Virus record (IMG/VR): IMGVR_UViG_3300031673_016563
Coordinates: 1-56,051 of that record
Direction: 5' to 3' (one strand)
Source: a virus
Lineage: Duplodnaviria; Caudoviricetes
DNA length: 56,051 nucleotides
The notes beneath the pieces were generated by a model that saw only the letters and a list, made by a program, of their open reading frames with translations, made no database searches and had not been told where the DNA came from. Shown piece after piece: positions 55,701 through 56,051 of this stretch. The position numbers and the translations under genes were made by a program. Position 1 is the first letter of the stretch; the number at the start of each line of letters is the position of its first letter.

Positions 55701-56051
55701 ATGAGAAAATTAAGTATTGTAGCGAAGAGTATTGTCCCAAATAGTTGGATATCGGGTCAAGGTAAAGAAAAACGTTTAAATATTGATTTACCAAATTTTA
55801 GTAAGGATGTAATTAAAAAATTCCTTACTAAGTTTGGTATTCCTCCTGTGGAAAGCCATTTCTGGGTAAAAAATAAAAATGATAAAGGCTATCTTGAGGT
55901 TACTAAGATAAATCCCTCTAGACAATGGGACGATGAAAAAAATCATTTTGAATATATTCCCGGTAAATATGATGTGCATATAATGTACTCTAAGGATGGG
56001 AGAGTTTACACTTGGTATAAATTGGATAAAGTATTGAGTAAAAAAGAGGTT
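55701..56051 (+). CDS. partial protein with MRKLSIV N-terminus (runs off window)
   Basis: GGAG SD; open frame MRKLSIVAKSIVPNSW... to the end. Confidence 0.65.
   Translation, partial: MRKLSIVAKSIVPNSWISGQGKEKRLNIDLPNFSKDVIKKFLTKFGIPPVESHFWVKNKNDKGYLEVTKINPSRQWDDEKNHFEYIPGKYDVHIMYSKDGRVYTWYKLDKVLSKKEV

Noticed and set aside
6033-55979. Minus-strand ORFs in the track (e.g. 6033-6530, 9952-10410, 12642-13115, 23128-23601, 43773-44189)
   Set aside because: They are antisense shadows of repetitive or well-supported + strand genes, with no independent motifs.
1-56051. Genome-wide TAG reassignment (genetic code 15)
   Set aside because: Only purB has an internal TAG, at a Trp position. Full-length terL, purM and the fibre gene end in TAG, and reading through the TAGs of ligase fragment 1 or polymerase fragment 2 hits another stop within a few codons.
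1-56051. tRNA or rRNA genes
   Set aside because: No cloverleaf or T-loop signature found in the short intergenic gaps; tRNAscan would be needed to exclude them fully.

Overview
AT-rich 56 kb segment of a large (jumbo-type) tailed dsDNA bacteriophage, with essentially every real gene on the + strand. It holds a head-morphogenesis module (large terminase, portal, protease-like protein, scaffold, decoration, short major capsid protein) and a replication module (family A DNA polymerase in three pieces, bacterial-type DnaX/HolA/HolB-like clamp loader, 5'-3' exonuclease, DHH phosphoesterase). It also holds an NAD+-dependent DNA ligase in three pieces, host-like nucleotide genes (pyrG, purM, purB with an in-frame amber at a conserved Trp, purD), a CCA-adding enzyme and three Zn-ribbon-array HNH endonucleases. 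Most notable unexplained structure: (1) several genes, including purD and a multi-copy GDISGL-repeat family, are bracketed by direct repeats made of the stop codon + RBS (+ start) segment, as if they were mobile cassettes, and the repeat family clusters at the breakpoints of the split ligase; (2) ligase and polymerase are fragmented with no visible intein or intron; (3) eight unrelated small proteins share an N-terminal M[RK]KLx[IL] peptide resembling a capsid-targeting signal; (4) a bipartite motif with invariant spacing occurs seven times upstream of genes; (5) an iteron-plus-palindrome locus lies just before the terminase. All calls come from reading motifs by eye; no searches were run.
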